Shown here: positions 8,672-17,818 of the stretch, piece by piece
Position numbering within the stretch: position 1 is the first letter of the stretch
Layout: the number at the start of each line of letters is the position of its first letter
Origin: Candidatus Anstonellales archaeon
GTDB lineage: Archaea > Micrarchaeota > Micrarchaeia > Anstonellales > J096
Direction: 5' to 3'
Length of the DNA stretch: 34,608 bases
NCBI GenBank assembly: GCA_038890615.1
Contig: JAWAFI010000005.1
Span: 1 to 34,608, forward strand
Notes under the pieces: generated by a model
Databases searched by the model: none
What the model saw: the letters and a program-made list of their open reading frames with translations, nothing else
What the model was told of the DNA's origin: nothing
Translations under genes and position numbers: made by a program

Positions 8672-9358
8672 TTAGAACACCTTTTCCCCTACATAAACCC
8701 TTATTCCTGAAGGAGTCACCTTGAAAGGCACGAGCTCCCTTGAATGGTCTGTTCCCCTCATCTTCATAATTTCCAGGGCCCTTATCCTTTTATCCCCTCT
8801 GTCAAGGTTGTAGAGGTTTATTATGCCATCCATAACATAGTGCTCAACATCATAGCGCATCATGTCTCTCCTGTCGCTGCTTGCCTCAAGCACCAGCATA
8901 GAAGTGCAGCTCAGGTTCCTCAATAGAGAGAAGAACTCAAAAAGGGTTTTTCTGTACTCCTCTTCCCTGACGAAAGTAAGCTTTATGAATGTTGCCGAGT
9001 CAATGGCAACCCTCTCTATCTTGTTGTGTATTATCCTGTCCTCTATTATCTCAGCCACCTTAAGTAGGTCTACCTCATCAGGCTTTATGACCTCTAAATC
9101 TTTCTTCTCAACGAGCTCATCCACATCTGCCAGGAGGGAGAATGTGGCCTTCATGTTGCTTATCATGTCCTCTGGGGTTTCCTCAAGGGTTATGTAAATT
9201 CCCTTTTCCCCTATCTTTGCACCCCTGTAAATGTACTCAAAGCAGAAAGAGCTTTTGCCGCTTCCTGGGCCTCCGAATACTGCAATGTGCCTCTGCTTGG
9301 GAATGCCTCCATTAAGCATGTCATCCAAGCCAGCTATACCTGTTTTAACCCTCATCAT
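8672..9358 (-). CDS. Single-domain KaiC/RAD55-like RecA-superfamily ATPase
   Basis: Motifs 'RVKTGIAGLDDMLNGGIP', Walker A GGPGSGKS, 'YITLEE', Walker B 'RVAIDS' and 'RALEIMKMRGTDHS'. Confidence 0.92.
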   Translation of the reverse strand: MMRVKTGIAGLDDMLNGGIPKQRHIAVFGGPGSGKSSFCFEYIYRGAKIGEKGIYITLEETPEDMISNMKATFSLLADVDELVEKKDLEVIKPDEVDLLKVAEIIEDRIIHNKIERVAIDSATFIKLTFVREEEYRKTLFEFFSLLRNLSCTSMLVLEASSDRRDMMRYDVEHYVMDGIINLYNLDRGDKRIRALEIMKMRGTDHSRELVPFKVTPSGIRVYVGEKVF

Positions 9359-9396
9359 GCTCTTCCTATCAGAAAGAATATTTAAATAAGTTGCTA

Positions 9397-10116
9397 TTAT
9401 GGCTGTGCAATCCCTTTGTCTTTTAGTTTCTTCATAGCCCGGAGTGCTGTTTGTTTTGCCTTTTGATCCTCATCAACGATGCCTTTTTTCAGAATTTGGA
9501 TGCTATCCTGCCCTTCCCCTAGCTCACCAGTAAGCATGTATATGCATTCCCTGCACCTGCTTTTTTGCCATGCTGAGGTGTCAGCAGTAAGGAGCTTCAG
9601 CACCTGCTGGCTCTTTGCCTTCTGCAATTCCCCTTTTTCTAGCCTAGACAGCATCAGGTTGATGGCCTCTTTTGCAGCAAGTTGGACCTCCAGGCTGCTG
9701 TCCCCATAAGCTTTCACGAGCGTTATAAAGTCCCTTTCCTTCCCAACCAACCCAAGCGCATAGACCCCTGCTGCCTTTGCCAAAGGTTCAGCGCTAAGCG
9801 CCTTCTGCCTTGCCTCTTCAATAATAAACTCATTTGCCTTTGCTTGCTCTATTACCTTCTCAAAAGCCATCCTTGATGCCTTTCTTACAGATTCAAGCCC
9901 ATCAGACATACCTAATAAAAGGACTGAAATGTCCTTGTAGCTTCCTGATGCTTTCATTCGCATCAAAATCCTTACTTTCTCGCTTGCTCCCAAACCCATA
10001 AATATCTCTTTAGTTATCAACCCTTTCTTTATCTCCTCTATCAGAACCTTGCCATTGATCCCTTTTTTGCCTTTGCTTAAAGCAGGCGCTTCATTTTTCT
10101 TCAATGTTTCCACCAT
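9397..10116 (-). CDS. HEAT-repeat protein
   Basis: Repeated helical units 'GMSDGLESVRKAS', 'AYGDSSLEVQLAAKEAI' and 'GIVDEDQKAKQTALRAM'. Confidence 0.75.
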   Translation of the reverse strand: MVETLKKNEAPALSKGKKGINGKVLIEEIKKGLITKEIFMGLGASEKVRILMRMKASGSYKDISVLLLGMSDGLESVRKASRMAFEKVIEQAKANEFIIEEARQKALSAEPLAKAAGVYALGLVGKERDFITLVKAYGDSSLEVQLAAKEAINLMLSRLEKGELQKAKSQQVLKLLTADTSAWQKSRCRECIYMLTGELGEGQDSIQILKKGIVDEDQKAKQTALRAMKKLKDKGIAQP

Positions 10117-10811
10117 TAAACTACACCCCTTTGTTCCATCTTGCTGAATGCAAGTTGCGCTATCCTCCTTACATAGTTTTCTTCGCTCTCCATCTCTCTC
10201 TTTACTACATCAATGTCTTCCTTCTCACCTGCCTCCCCGAAAATAAGCAACACAGCCCCCTTTACCTCTTTTTTTCCCCAAATGAGCTGGTTTGCTGCTG
10301 TCTGCCTTGCTGCCTCAAGCGCTTCCTTCGTTTTCAGCACACCCCTTTTCACCATCCTCTCGAATGCAGCGCGCGCTGCCTTTCTTATGTCAAAATCTTG
10401 GTCTGCAAGCCCTTCAGCCACTATATGAAGGTCTTTGCCATCCCCTATGCAGCCAAGGGCAAAAAGGCCTGCTTCTTTGTAATGCTTTATTCCACTGTTT
10501 GCAAGCCACCTTATTTTTTTTATTTCCTCTTCGCTTAGCACTATCCCTTTTTCAGAGATCATCGCAAGGGCTAGCTTTGCAGCATTTCTTACAAGCGAAT
10601 CCTTTTCCTTTAGCCCTAAAAGTATAAGCCCTGCATTTTTGGAATCGCCTTCATCCCCTATCTTTGCAAGAACTTTAACCCATCTTTCAGGATCCATTGA
10701 GATTAAGAACTGCTCAAACTCATCTGGCTTCATCCCTTCTTGAATGAAGGCCTTTTCCTTCTCGCTTACAGATTTTTCCGCCGCCTTTGCGTTTGATGCC
10801 TTTTGTTCCAT
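10116..10811 (-). CDS. HEAT-repeat protein (paralogue of the downstream gene)
   Basis: Units 'GLKEKDSLVRNAAKLAL', 'GLADQDFDIRKAARAAF' and 'EMESEENYVRRIAQLAF'. TAATG coupling to the next gene. Confidence 0.78.
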   Translation of the reverse strand: MEQKASNAKAAEKSVSEKEKAFIQEGMKPDEFEQFLISMDPERWVKVLAKIGDEGDSKNAGLILLGLKEKDSLVRNAAKLALAMISEKGIVLSEEEIKKIRWLANSGIKHYKEAGLFALGCIGDGKDLHIVAEGLADQDFDIRKAARAAFERMVKRGVLKTKEALEAARQTAANQLIWGKKEVKGAVLLIFGEAGEKEDIDVVKREMESEENYVRRIAQLAFSKMEQRGVV

Positions 10812-10859
10812 AGTATTTTATATGATTAGCCCTAATTTTAAAATCATACCTTAAAGAGG

Positions 10860-12005
10860 TCAGGAAATTTTTTTCTTCTTCTCTATCCATTCAGCATAAA
10901 TCCTTTCCATTGTTTCTGCCATTGCCTTCATATGGAACTTCTCAACTGATTTTTTGCACTCTGCTGCTGTTCTTTCATTTTGGGAAAGGGCAAGCGCCTT
11001 TAGTATCTTCTCAGGAAGGTCAGTGCATGTGTCAAACAAATACCCATTTATCCCTTCCTTTACATATTCTGCTGGTGCGGTGTTCCTCTTGACAACAACT
11101 GGCTTGCCTGCTGCAAAAGCCTCAAGGACCACAAGGCCCTGTGTTTCAAATGTTGAGGCAGTAGCGAAAACATCCGCAGCGGCGTATAGGTCTGCAATAG
11201 TATCATTTTCAACCCTTCCAAGGAAAAGCACATGGTCTGTTGCCATTTTTTCTTTTGCAATTGATTCAAAGTGTTCCCTTGCAGGGCCATCACCTGCCAC
11301 TACTAGCATTATATCAGGCTCCTTGTTTGCGACTTCTCCAACCACGCTTATTATCTCATCAAGCTTCTTCTCCTTTACAAGCCTTCCTACTGAAAGCACA
11401 ATCTTTTTGTTTTCAAGCCCATACCTTTTCCTAATTTCTGCTCCATTCCTGCCTTCAAAGTTTTCTATGTATATGCCGTTCGGCACTACTATTGTATTCT
11501 CTATTTTCTCCTTTTTTAGTATCCGCTCTGCAAATTCGCTAGGCACTGTTACAACATCAAAGCTATTGTAATACCACCTAAGGTATTTCCATCCAACATC
11601 TGATATGAGCTTCTGTACCCCCTTGCTTGGGCTTAGGTAGTGGGTTGCTTGAGTAACCATTGTGTGGTAAGTGGCTATCTTAGGTATTCCAAGCTTGTTT
11701 GCGCACTGTATTGCTGCCAAGCCTGTCATGGCTATGCCATGTGAGTGCACCACATCTATGCCAAGCTCCTTAGTTATTTTCTCAGCGCTTGGGAAGGGGA
11801 AAAGCGCCACTTTGTAATCAGGGTAAGGGCTGAATGTGGTTGATTTGAAATAAAAAACATCCCCTTCTTTCATGTCATCCTTCCCTGGTGCAAACACATA
11901 AACCTTGTGCCCCCTTGCCTCAAGCTCACGCCTGAGGTTAAGGAGAGCGATGACCACTCCATCGATTTGCGGCAGCCAAGTGTCTGTGAAGAACGCAATC
12001 TTCAC
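10860..12005 (-). CDS. GT4 family glycosyltransferase (diacylglycerol glucosyltransferase-like)
   Basis: N-terminus 'KIAFFTDTWLPQIDGV', 'VGRLVKEK' and the E-x7-E motif 'FETQGLVVLEA'. True start is likely GTG at 12005, overlapping the prs stop, with GAAGGTG upstream. Confidence 0.9.
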   Translation of the reverse strand: MKIAFFTDTWLPQIDGVVIALLNLRRELEARGHKVYVFAPGKDDMKEGDVFYFKSTTFSPYPDYKVALFPFPSAEKITKELGIDVVHSHGIAMTGLAAIQCANKLGIPKIATYHTMVTQATHYLSPSKGVQKLISDVGWKYLRWYYNSFDVVTVPSEFAERILKKEKIENTIVVPNGIYIENFEGRNGAEIRKRYGLENKKIVLSVGRLVKEKKLDEIISVVGEVANKEPDIMLVVAGDGPAREHFESIAKEKMATDHVLFLGRVENDTIADLYAAADVFATASTFETQGLVVLEAFAAGKPVVVKRNTAPAEYVKEGINGYLFDTCTDLPEKILKALALSQNERTAAECKKSVEKFHMKAMAETMERIYAEWIEKKKKIS

Positions 12006-12781
12006 ACGAGCACCTTCCAAACCTCCATTTCTTCTATCCACGGGTTTTTCTCCCTTATTATGCTTGTTGTTGTGTAGAGCTTCTTTACATGCCTTTTCAG
12101 CTCTGCTTCTGCATTTCCTAGCAGTAATGCATGCGAAGCTATCGCAATAACTTCCTTACCATTTTCAGAATAGTGCTTCGCTGCTTCAAGCATTGTACTT
12201 CCTGTTGCTATTATGTCATCTACTATCCAGACAGTGTCGCTTTCCACGGCAGGGAAATTGCGGCTGACTATTTGCGTATCTGTGCCAGTTCCTGTCCTTT
12301 CTTTGGTTATGCATTTTGGGGTTATGTGGAGCATCCCTTCATCAGCGCCTACAACCTCCTTTGCTTCTGCCTTAACAAGAAGCGGCCTTATGGCGTCAAA
12401 GCTGGCCACAAGCAAGCCTTCTACATATACTTCCTTATGCTCCTTTGAGGAGTGGATGTTGCACCCAAACAGCTCCCTTACCCCAAAAGATGAAATGATT
12501 CTCACAAATTCACGGAATGAAACAACCTCCCCTTTTATTTTTTCCCTGTCCTGCCTGGCATAGGGAAGGTAAGGCATTACCACCCTTTTAACGCTGCCCC
12601 TGTAATGCGAGAGAAGGAGCATTAGCTCCACAAGCGAGTCATTGGGCTCAGGCCAAGCCCTCATTACAATCTCCTCTGCCTTAGGGGCGTTTTCCTTTAT
12701 GTATATCTCTCCGTCCTTGAATTTTTGCACAATTACATTTGGCTCGGCAAGGTCCGAAGCCGATGGCATTACCGCTCTCAT
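12002..12781 (-). CDS. prs: Ribose-phosphate pyrophosphokinase (short archaeal form)
   Basis: Motifs 'FKDGEIYI', 'PNDSLVELMLL', 'MPYLPYARQDR', 'KER' and the PRPP-binding loop 'IVDDIIATGSTM'. Confidence 0.9.
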   Translation of the reverse strand: MRAVMPSASDLAEPNVIVQKFKDGEIYIKENAPKAEEIVMRAWPEPNDSLVELMLLLSHYRGSVKRVVMPYLPYARQDREKIKGEVVSFREFVRIISSFGVRELFGCNIHSSKEHKEVYVEGLLVASFDAIRPLLVKAEAKEVVGADEGMLHITPKCITKERTGTGTDTQIVSRNFPAVESDTVWIVDDIIATGSTMLEAAKHYSENGKEVIAIASHALLLGNAEAELKRHVKKLYTTTSIIREKNPWIEEMEVWKVLV

Positions 12782-13845
12782 AACTTTCCCTCTTTTATAT
12801 GCAAGTCCAACTGCGGGAACGGAATCTCTATCTTGTCTTTCTTGAACTGCCTAACAACCTCTCTGGCTGTTTTATGCAGTATTGTGAAGTTGTGCTTATA
12901 ATCCACTACTGGCATAAAGAGCTTGAATATCATTGCTGAATCGCCAAACCTGTCAAAGCGGGCTTCTACTTCTCTGTTCTTGTTTGCACCTTCCTCCCTG
13001 CTCTGCACTGCTTTTCCTGCTTTTATCAAGGATTCTTTTACTTTGTCAATGTCATTTCCATAAGCAACGCCAACCTCAAGCACCACTATGGTTCCCCTGT
13101 CGTATTCCATCTCGAAATTCTTTATTGTTGTCTGGGCTACTTTGCTGTTTGGTATTATAAATACATTATTCTGGAAATCCCTTATTTTGGTTGTCCTCCA
13201 GCCCACATGCTCTACCCTTCCCAAAAGGTTTGGTGTTGTTGTGCCTAATCCTGCAAGCTCTATAAAATCACCTGTTTTGAACGGCCTGTCAATGAATATA
13301 TGAACCCCTGCAAAAAAGTTCGTAAGGGTATCTTGAAGAGCCAGAGCAACAGCCAAGCCTGCAATTCCAAGCCCTGCTATGAGAGGGGCTACATCTATCC
13401 CTATCTCAGACAAAAGTACGATTGCCCCTACTATGTATATGATTATGCCTCCTATGTCCCTGAGAAGAGGCACATACTCATCATCAAGGGTGGTTTCGGT
13501 CTTTTTTGCGATCTCAGCAAGATAGTAATTTGCAGCAACCTTGAAGCCCCTTTCAATAACCACTATCCCTACTATGATCATGGCTAGCTTGATTATTAAG
13601 TTGTTAGAGTAGCCCATTATGCTCCCTTCTGGGAAGAATATGAGCAATACCAGAATGAGCGCTATTACAAAGGCGAGCATGTTTATGGGCATTGCAAGCC
13701 CTTGGAGCAGCATGTCATCAAGCTTGGTTTTGGTCTTCTTAGTGATGCCAGCAGCGAACCTGAACAGTATCCCTATCGCTATCTTGAATATCACTACGAG
13801 CGTGAGAAAGATGAATGTGGCTGCTAGTATGCTTTGAATATCCAT
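12778..13845 (-). CDS. mscS: Small-conductance mechanosensitive channel
   Basis: Motifs 'LIAGLGIAGLAVALALQDTLTNFFAG', 'RPFKTGDFI', 'GWRTTKIR', 'IPNSKV' and 'IEIPFPQ'. Confidence 0.95.
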   Translation of the reverse strand: MDIQSILAATFIFLTLVVIFKIAIGILFRFAAGITKKTKTKLDDMLLQGLAMPINMLAFVIALILVLLIFFPEGSIMGYSNNLIIKLAMIIVGIVVIERGFKVAANYYLAEIAKKTETTLDDEYVPLLRDIGGIIIYIVGAIVLLSEIGIDVAPLIAGLGIAGLAVALALQDTLTNFFAGVHIFIDRPFKTGDFIELAGLGTTTPNLLGRVEHVGWRTTKIRDFQNNVFIIPNSKVAQTTIKNFEMEYDRGTIVVLEVGVAYGNDIDKVKESLIKAGKAVQSREEGANKNREVEARFDRFGDSAMIFKLFMPVVDYKHNFTILHKTAREVVRQFKKDKIEIPFPQLDLHIKEGKL

Positions 13846-13868
13846 GCTTTTTTAAAAAGCAGCATAGC

Positions 13869-13876
13869 ATTTAAAA
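13869..13876. promoter_or_regulatory. Candidate shared TATA box between divergent mscS and the 13900 gene
   Basis: ATTTAAAA lies about 24-31 nt from both the mscS ATG (13845, minus) and the ATG at 13900 (plus). Confidence 0.45.
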
Positions 13877-13899
13877 CATTTTGCCTGCTTTGAATTGCT

Positions 13900-14928
13900 A
13901 TGAAACTTGATTTTACCAAAGAGCAGATCACTCAGATACTTGTATTCGGCATAGTTCTCATATTCGTTTTGGAAATCTTTGCGATGAGCCTTTCTGGCAG
14001 AGGGGGGCAGGCTGATAACAATTCAGGCGTTTCTGGCCAAGTGGTTTCAAACTTCAGGGTTCTTTCTTACGCTCCTTACATAAAAGTTTCCTTGGAAGGC
14101 TTCAACAAGAGCGACATAATGTCTATAAGCCATGTAGACCTGAAATTCAGCAGGCCTGTTGAATCAGAAGGGATTTACCTTATTGCTGTAGATGATGGCG
14201 CGAATGTCATGTATGTTTACAAGGAGCTGCTGGCAAAGGGCTACTCTGGCTCAACAGAGCTTAGGGCTTATATATACAACGCTACTTTTGTAGAAACAAA
14301 TGAATCCTTCCCTTCTGCTTCATTCTCATTCACAGGAGAGCCCATATACTTGCTTGATGTCGTTTACAGGAGCACTTTTATAGGATCAGTTAATGGCTCA
14401 AGCCAAATGGTTTCGCAATTTGCAGTAATCCCTGAAGACCAAAATTTAACTATGCAGCTTAATTGGACGCTCCAGAAGTCAAGGTACCTATATGCAATCC
14501 CTTGGGAGCACAGGAACGGCTATGGAAACATTTCCAATTATTCAGAGTTTGGCACACTTCAGAAAAGGAATTATTTCCTCTCAAACATATCAAAGGCAGC
14601 CCCCTATGTAACCTCAACAATAGGGGATAAGCGGCTTGTGCTTGCGAACTTCACAGACAAAGAAGCTGTGCTTGCTGATTTCCCTGATGCTGTCTTCCCT
14701 GATTCAGAGCTGAAGGCGGACTATGAGTTAGACCTGCCATTCAACTATACCTTTGAGCACATCTACTATGCATTCCTTCCGGCAGCTGATGAAAAATATT
14801 ACTATGGAGAAAAAAGGGTGTTCTACACTTCTATACAGAACCTTACTGGGAATGAGAGCACTCTTCTAAGCGTCAAGCTCAATGGAATAAAGGCGCTTTC
14901 AGTGCAGGTGCTTTCAGTAAGCGGTTGA
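13900..14928 (+). CDS. Hypothetical N-terminally anchored extracellular protein
   Basis: Single TM 'ILVFGIVLIFVLEIFAM' followed by a beta/aromatic-rich domain with many N-x-S/T sequons. Confidence 0.7.
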   Translation: MKLDFTKEQITQILVFGIVLIFVLEIFAMSLSGRGGQADNNSGVSGQVVSNFRVLSYAPYIKVSLEGFNKSDIMSISHVDLKFSRPVESEGIYLIAVDDGANVMYVYKELLAKGYSGSTELRAYIYNATFVETNESFPSASFSFTGEPIYLLDVVYRSTFIGSVNGSSQMVSQFAVIPEDQNLTMQLNWTLQKSRYLYAIPWEHRNGYGNISNYSEFGTLQKRNYFLSNISKAAPYVTSTIGDKRLVLANFTDKEAVLADFPDAVFPDSELKADYELDLPFNYTFEHIYYAFLPAADEKYYYGEKRVFYTSIQNLTGNESTLLSVKLNGIKALSVQVLSVSG

Positions 14929-14944
14929 AATCAAAGAAGGTTAA

Positions 14945-14953
14945 TTTTAAAAA
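14945..14953 (+). promoter_or_regulatory. TATA box of the VirB4-like operon
   Basis: TTTTAAAAA 22-30 nt upstream of ATG 14975. No SD, consistent with a leaderless first gene. Confidence 0.5.
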
Positions 14954-14974
14954 GGGTCGCCTGTTGATATAACC

Positions 14975-15787
14975 ATGCCAACTAACAAGCAGATGTATTA
15001 TTATGGCTCTGCAGCTCTTGGGATTGTTGGGCTTGGATTGATAATGCTTAGCGGAGGAGGGGGCATCTTTGGCATAATCGGAGGCATTTTTGCAGGGCTT
15101 GGAAGCCTTTTTGCAGTCCTTTTCCTTAAGTACGGCTATATACTGATCCCTTTCATAACAGAAAGGACAAAGATAATACTCTGGAGCGAAACAGGCTACG
15201 AGGTTCCTGAGAGCCAGGATGTAATAGTGAAAAAAGTGGGTGATGTTTATTACGCCTCTGCTTTCATGGTCCTAAAAATAACTGAATCAGCTTCTGACAA
15301 GAGCAGCCAGGAGAACATTTATTACAATGAGCAGTTTGAGAGGGCATTGGGCAACCTCAAGTATGTAACAAAGATTTCAATGATGACTTATGTTGAAGAC
15401 ATAACTGCAAAGAGGAGGGACATAGAAACAAGGAGGGGAGAGCTCCAGCTTAGGATATCAAGGGAGAGGGACAAGGAGCAGCCAGACCCAATCCTTTTGG
15501 ACAAGATGGAAAGGGAGCTCCAGATGTGGGATGCTAGGCTGAATGACCTGCTCAAGGGCCTCAGGCCCATGGGGGTTATGGCATTCGCAATGACAACCGC
15601 CTCTGCGCTGAGCAAGGATGCAGCAATTGCTGCAGTAAGGTCAAGGGTAAGCGAGGTTAAGTCAGTCATAGGCAATGCGCTGAATGTCGATGTGGAGCAG
15701 CTTAAGGCGGATGACATGCTAAAATGCTTTGAATGGGAGAAGTTCCTTCCTGTGACTCCTCAGGACTTGGAGGACCAGGTGATCTAG
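14975..15787 (+). CDS. Membrane protein with Gly-rich TM hairpin and alpha/beta plus coiled-coil domain; putative VirB4-associated subunit
   Basis: Two Gly-rich TMs, then a soluble domain with a central coiled coil. Ends 1 nt before the ATPase start. Confidence 0.65.
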   Translation: MPTNKQMYYYGSAALGIVGLGLIMLSGGGGIFGIIGGIFAGLGSLFAVLFLKYGYILIPFITERTKIILWSETGYEVPESQDVIVKKVGDVYYASAFMVLKITESASDKSSQENIYYNEQFERALGNLKYVTKISMMTYVEDITAKRRDIETRRGELQLRISRERDKEQPDPILLDKMERELQMWDARLNDLLKGLRPMGVMAFAMTTASALSKDAAIAAVRSRVSEVKSVIGNALNVDVEQLKADDMLKCFEWEKFLPVTPQDLEDQVI

Positions 15788-15788
15788 A

Positions 15789-17363
15789 ATGGGGCAGCTG
15801 GCCATACAAAAGCTGAACAATGTAATAATGGCAAGGAGGAATATATTGGTAAGGCCCCCAGAGCCCCCGATGGAGCTGGTATTTGAAAACCCGCTTGACT
15901 CTATTTATGTAGGCAGGACAAAGATATTCCATGTGCCTTTCTACTGGTCGCCAAAGAATGTTGCGAACCCGCATATAGCTATTGTAGGTATAAGCGGGAG
16001 CGGAAAGAGCTACTTCATCAAGACATTCTTAGTAAGGTCTTCTTTCGTGTGGAACACCAACGCAGTTATAATTGACTGGGCAGGGGAGTACAAGGATTGG
16101 GTTAGGCAGGCTGGAGGAAAAGTCATTTCCCTTGGGAAGGGCTCTTACATAAACCTGCTTGACTTGGGAGGAATGAAGCCCTATGACAGGATAAAGCAGG
16201 TGATGAGGTCAATGGAGCTCCTGACAGATATAGGAGCTTATCCAGAGCAGAAAAGGCTTACTGAGGTTGCCATAGAAAAGGCCTACCTAGAGGCAAAATT
16301 CAGGATGGACAGCAGGGAGCAGAAGGACGAGCTTGGGAGGCCCCTTAAGCCTCCAACGCTGAAGGATGTAGTAAGGATCCTGCAGGACCAGGCATCCTTG
16401 GGGACTTATGAGTTCCCTGCAGAGCTTGAGAATGCCATCTATAGGCTTAAGCAGTTCACAAGGCCCGGAGAGGATTTCTTTGCCCAGCCCAGCACTGTTA
16501 CTCTTGACGAGATTGTTTCTTCAGGAATAGTTTCAGTAGACCTTTCTGGCCTCCCTGATGAGAACACAAGGGCCCTTGGAGCCCTTACAATCCTCCAGTT
16601 CCTGAAGGAAAGGATGAGGCTTGAGGGGTGGAAAACAAAGAAATCAGTGAAGCCGCGCCTCATAGTTGTTGTGGATGAGGCATGGAAGATATCCAAAGAT
16701 GAGAATAGCGATGTTGTTATGATTGTTAGGGAGGGAAGGAAATACGCCTTCTCAATCATAGTCGCATCCCAGAACCCTACTGACATAAGCGAGGCAATAT
16801 TCAGCAATGTCGGCACAACTTTCATACTTAAGGTGAAATTCGAGAAATTCCTTGATTACCTCCAAGGCACGCTTAACTTCAGCAATGCAATGAGGGCCGA
16901 GATAGCAAAATTCGGGGTTGGGCAGGCAGCAGTAAACATGTCTTTCACAACACCCACCCCATACCCCCCAACATTCCTGCTGGAAAGGATAGTCGGGGAA
17001 GAGCCGAGCAAGGATCTGTTTCTTGATTTCCCTGAAGATCTTGTTAAGGAAGGTGAATTTATGGGCGGAACAGTATCATTTGAAAAGGAAACATTCAGGA
17101 GAAGGCTTAGGCAATTCGGCCTTGATGAAGAGAAGATTGAGGAGATAAGTGGCGCCTTTGAAAAGAAGAACAGGCACATGGATATAGTATACTTTGTGAT
17201 TATGCTTGAGAGGTTCAATATCAACAGGGACAACATAGTGAGCTTCCTCAAAGAAATAGGCATAGATGATTCAACAATAATCAATATATTTACCAAAGTA
17301 GATTACAAGAAGATGGACCTAGTGGACAAGGATGTAATGCAGATAGTATTGGAGGAGGACTGA
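15789..17363 (+). CDS. VirB4/HerA-FtsK superfamily ATPase
   Basis: 'NPHIAIVGISGSGKS' (Walker A), 'IIDWAGEY', helical insert with 'PPTLKDV', Walker B 'IVVVDEAW', and the Arg-finger/Gln motif 'REGRKYAFSIIVASQNPTD'. Confidence 0.9.
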   Translation: MGQLAIQKLNNVIMARRNILVRPPEPPMELVFENPLDSIYVGRTKIFHVPFYWSPKNVANPHIAIVGISGSGKSYFIKTFLVRSSFVWNTNAVIIDWAGEYKDWVRQAGGKVISLGKGSYINLLDLGGMKPYDRIKQVMRSMELLTDIGAYPEQKRLTEVAIEKAYLEAKFRMDSREQKDELGRPLKPPTLKDVVRILQDQASLGTYEFPAELENAIYRLKQFTRPGEDFFAQPSTVTLDEIVSSGIVSVDLSGLPDENTRALGALTILQFLKERMRLEGWKTKKSVKPRLIVVVDEAWKISKDENSDVVMIVREGRKYAFSIIVASQNPTDISEAIFSNVGTTFILKVKFEKFLDYLQGTLNFSNAMRAEIAKFGVGQAAVNMSFTTPTPYPPTFLLERIVGEEPSKDLFLDFPEDLVKEGEFMGGTVSFEKETFRRRLRQFGLDEEKIEEISGAFEKKNRHMDIVYFVIMLERFNINRDNIVSFLKEIGIDDSTIINIFTKVDYKKMDLVDKDVMQIVLEED

Positions 17364-17364
17364 G

Positions 17365-17814
17365 ATGGCTGCTGAATGGGCGTGCATCGGTTGCGACGGG
17401 GTTGTCGACCCTTCAAAGAAGAAGTGCTATCCTGTCGAGGAGGATGTAGTGATAAAAAACCTGCGGAAAATAAAAATAAGCTTAAATGAATTCATAAGGG
17501 GTTTCTACAAGGATTTCAACATTGTGAAGGGCTATTCCATTTGCATATGCGAGGACCACTTAAAGGAATTTGAGGAGAAAAGGAAGAAGTTTGAGAGGAC
17601 GCTTGCAATAAATGTCATAATAGCTGTGGTCATAATAATGGCTCTTACCTTCTTCCCCCTTATTTTTACCTTAAGCTTAAACATAACAGGGTTTTTTGGA
17701 TCGCTGCTTCTTGCCGTGATAATCATACTAATGTCATTGATATACTACACGCCAAAAGCAAGCAAGGAGCCAATAAAGGAAGTTAAGCTTAAAGGAAGGA
17801 AAGCAAAAGGGTGA
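17365..17814 (+). CDS. Membrane protein with N-terminal Zn-binding motif and two TM helices
   Basis: CIGC ... CEDH, two TMs and a Lys-rich tail. SD GGAGGAGG upstream. Confidence 0.72.
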   Translation: MAAEWACIGCDGVVDPSKKKCYPVEEDVVIKNLRKIKISLNEFIRGFYKDFNIVKGYSICICEDHLKEFEEKRKKFERTLAINVIIAVVIIMALTFFPLIFTLSLNITGFFGSLLLAVIIILMSLIYYTPKASKEPIKEVKLKGRKAKG

Positions 17815-17818
17815 TGGA

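Noticed and set aside
8672..9358. True circadian KaiC or RadA recombinase
   Set aside because: It is a single domain with no KaiA/KaiB nearby and no RadA N-terminal HhH domain.
15789..17363. DNA-repair HerA of the HerA-NurA system
   Set aside because: There is no N-terminal HAS barrel and no nurA/mre11/rad50 neighbour; most partner genes encode membrane proteins. A phylogeny is needed to exclude it formally.
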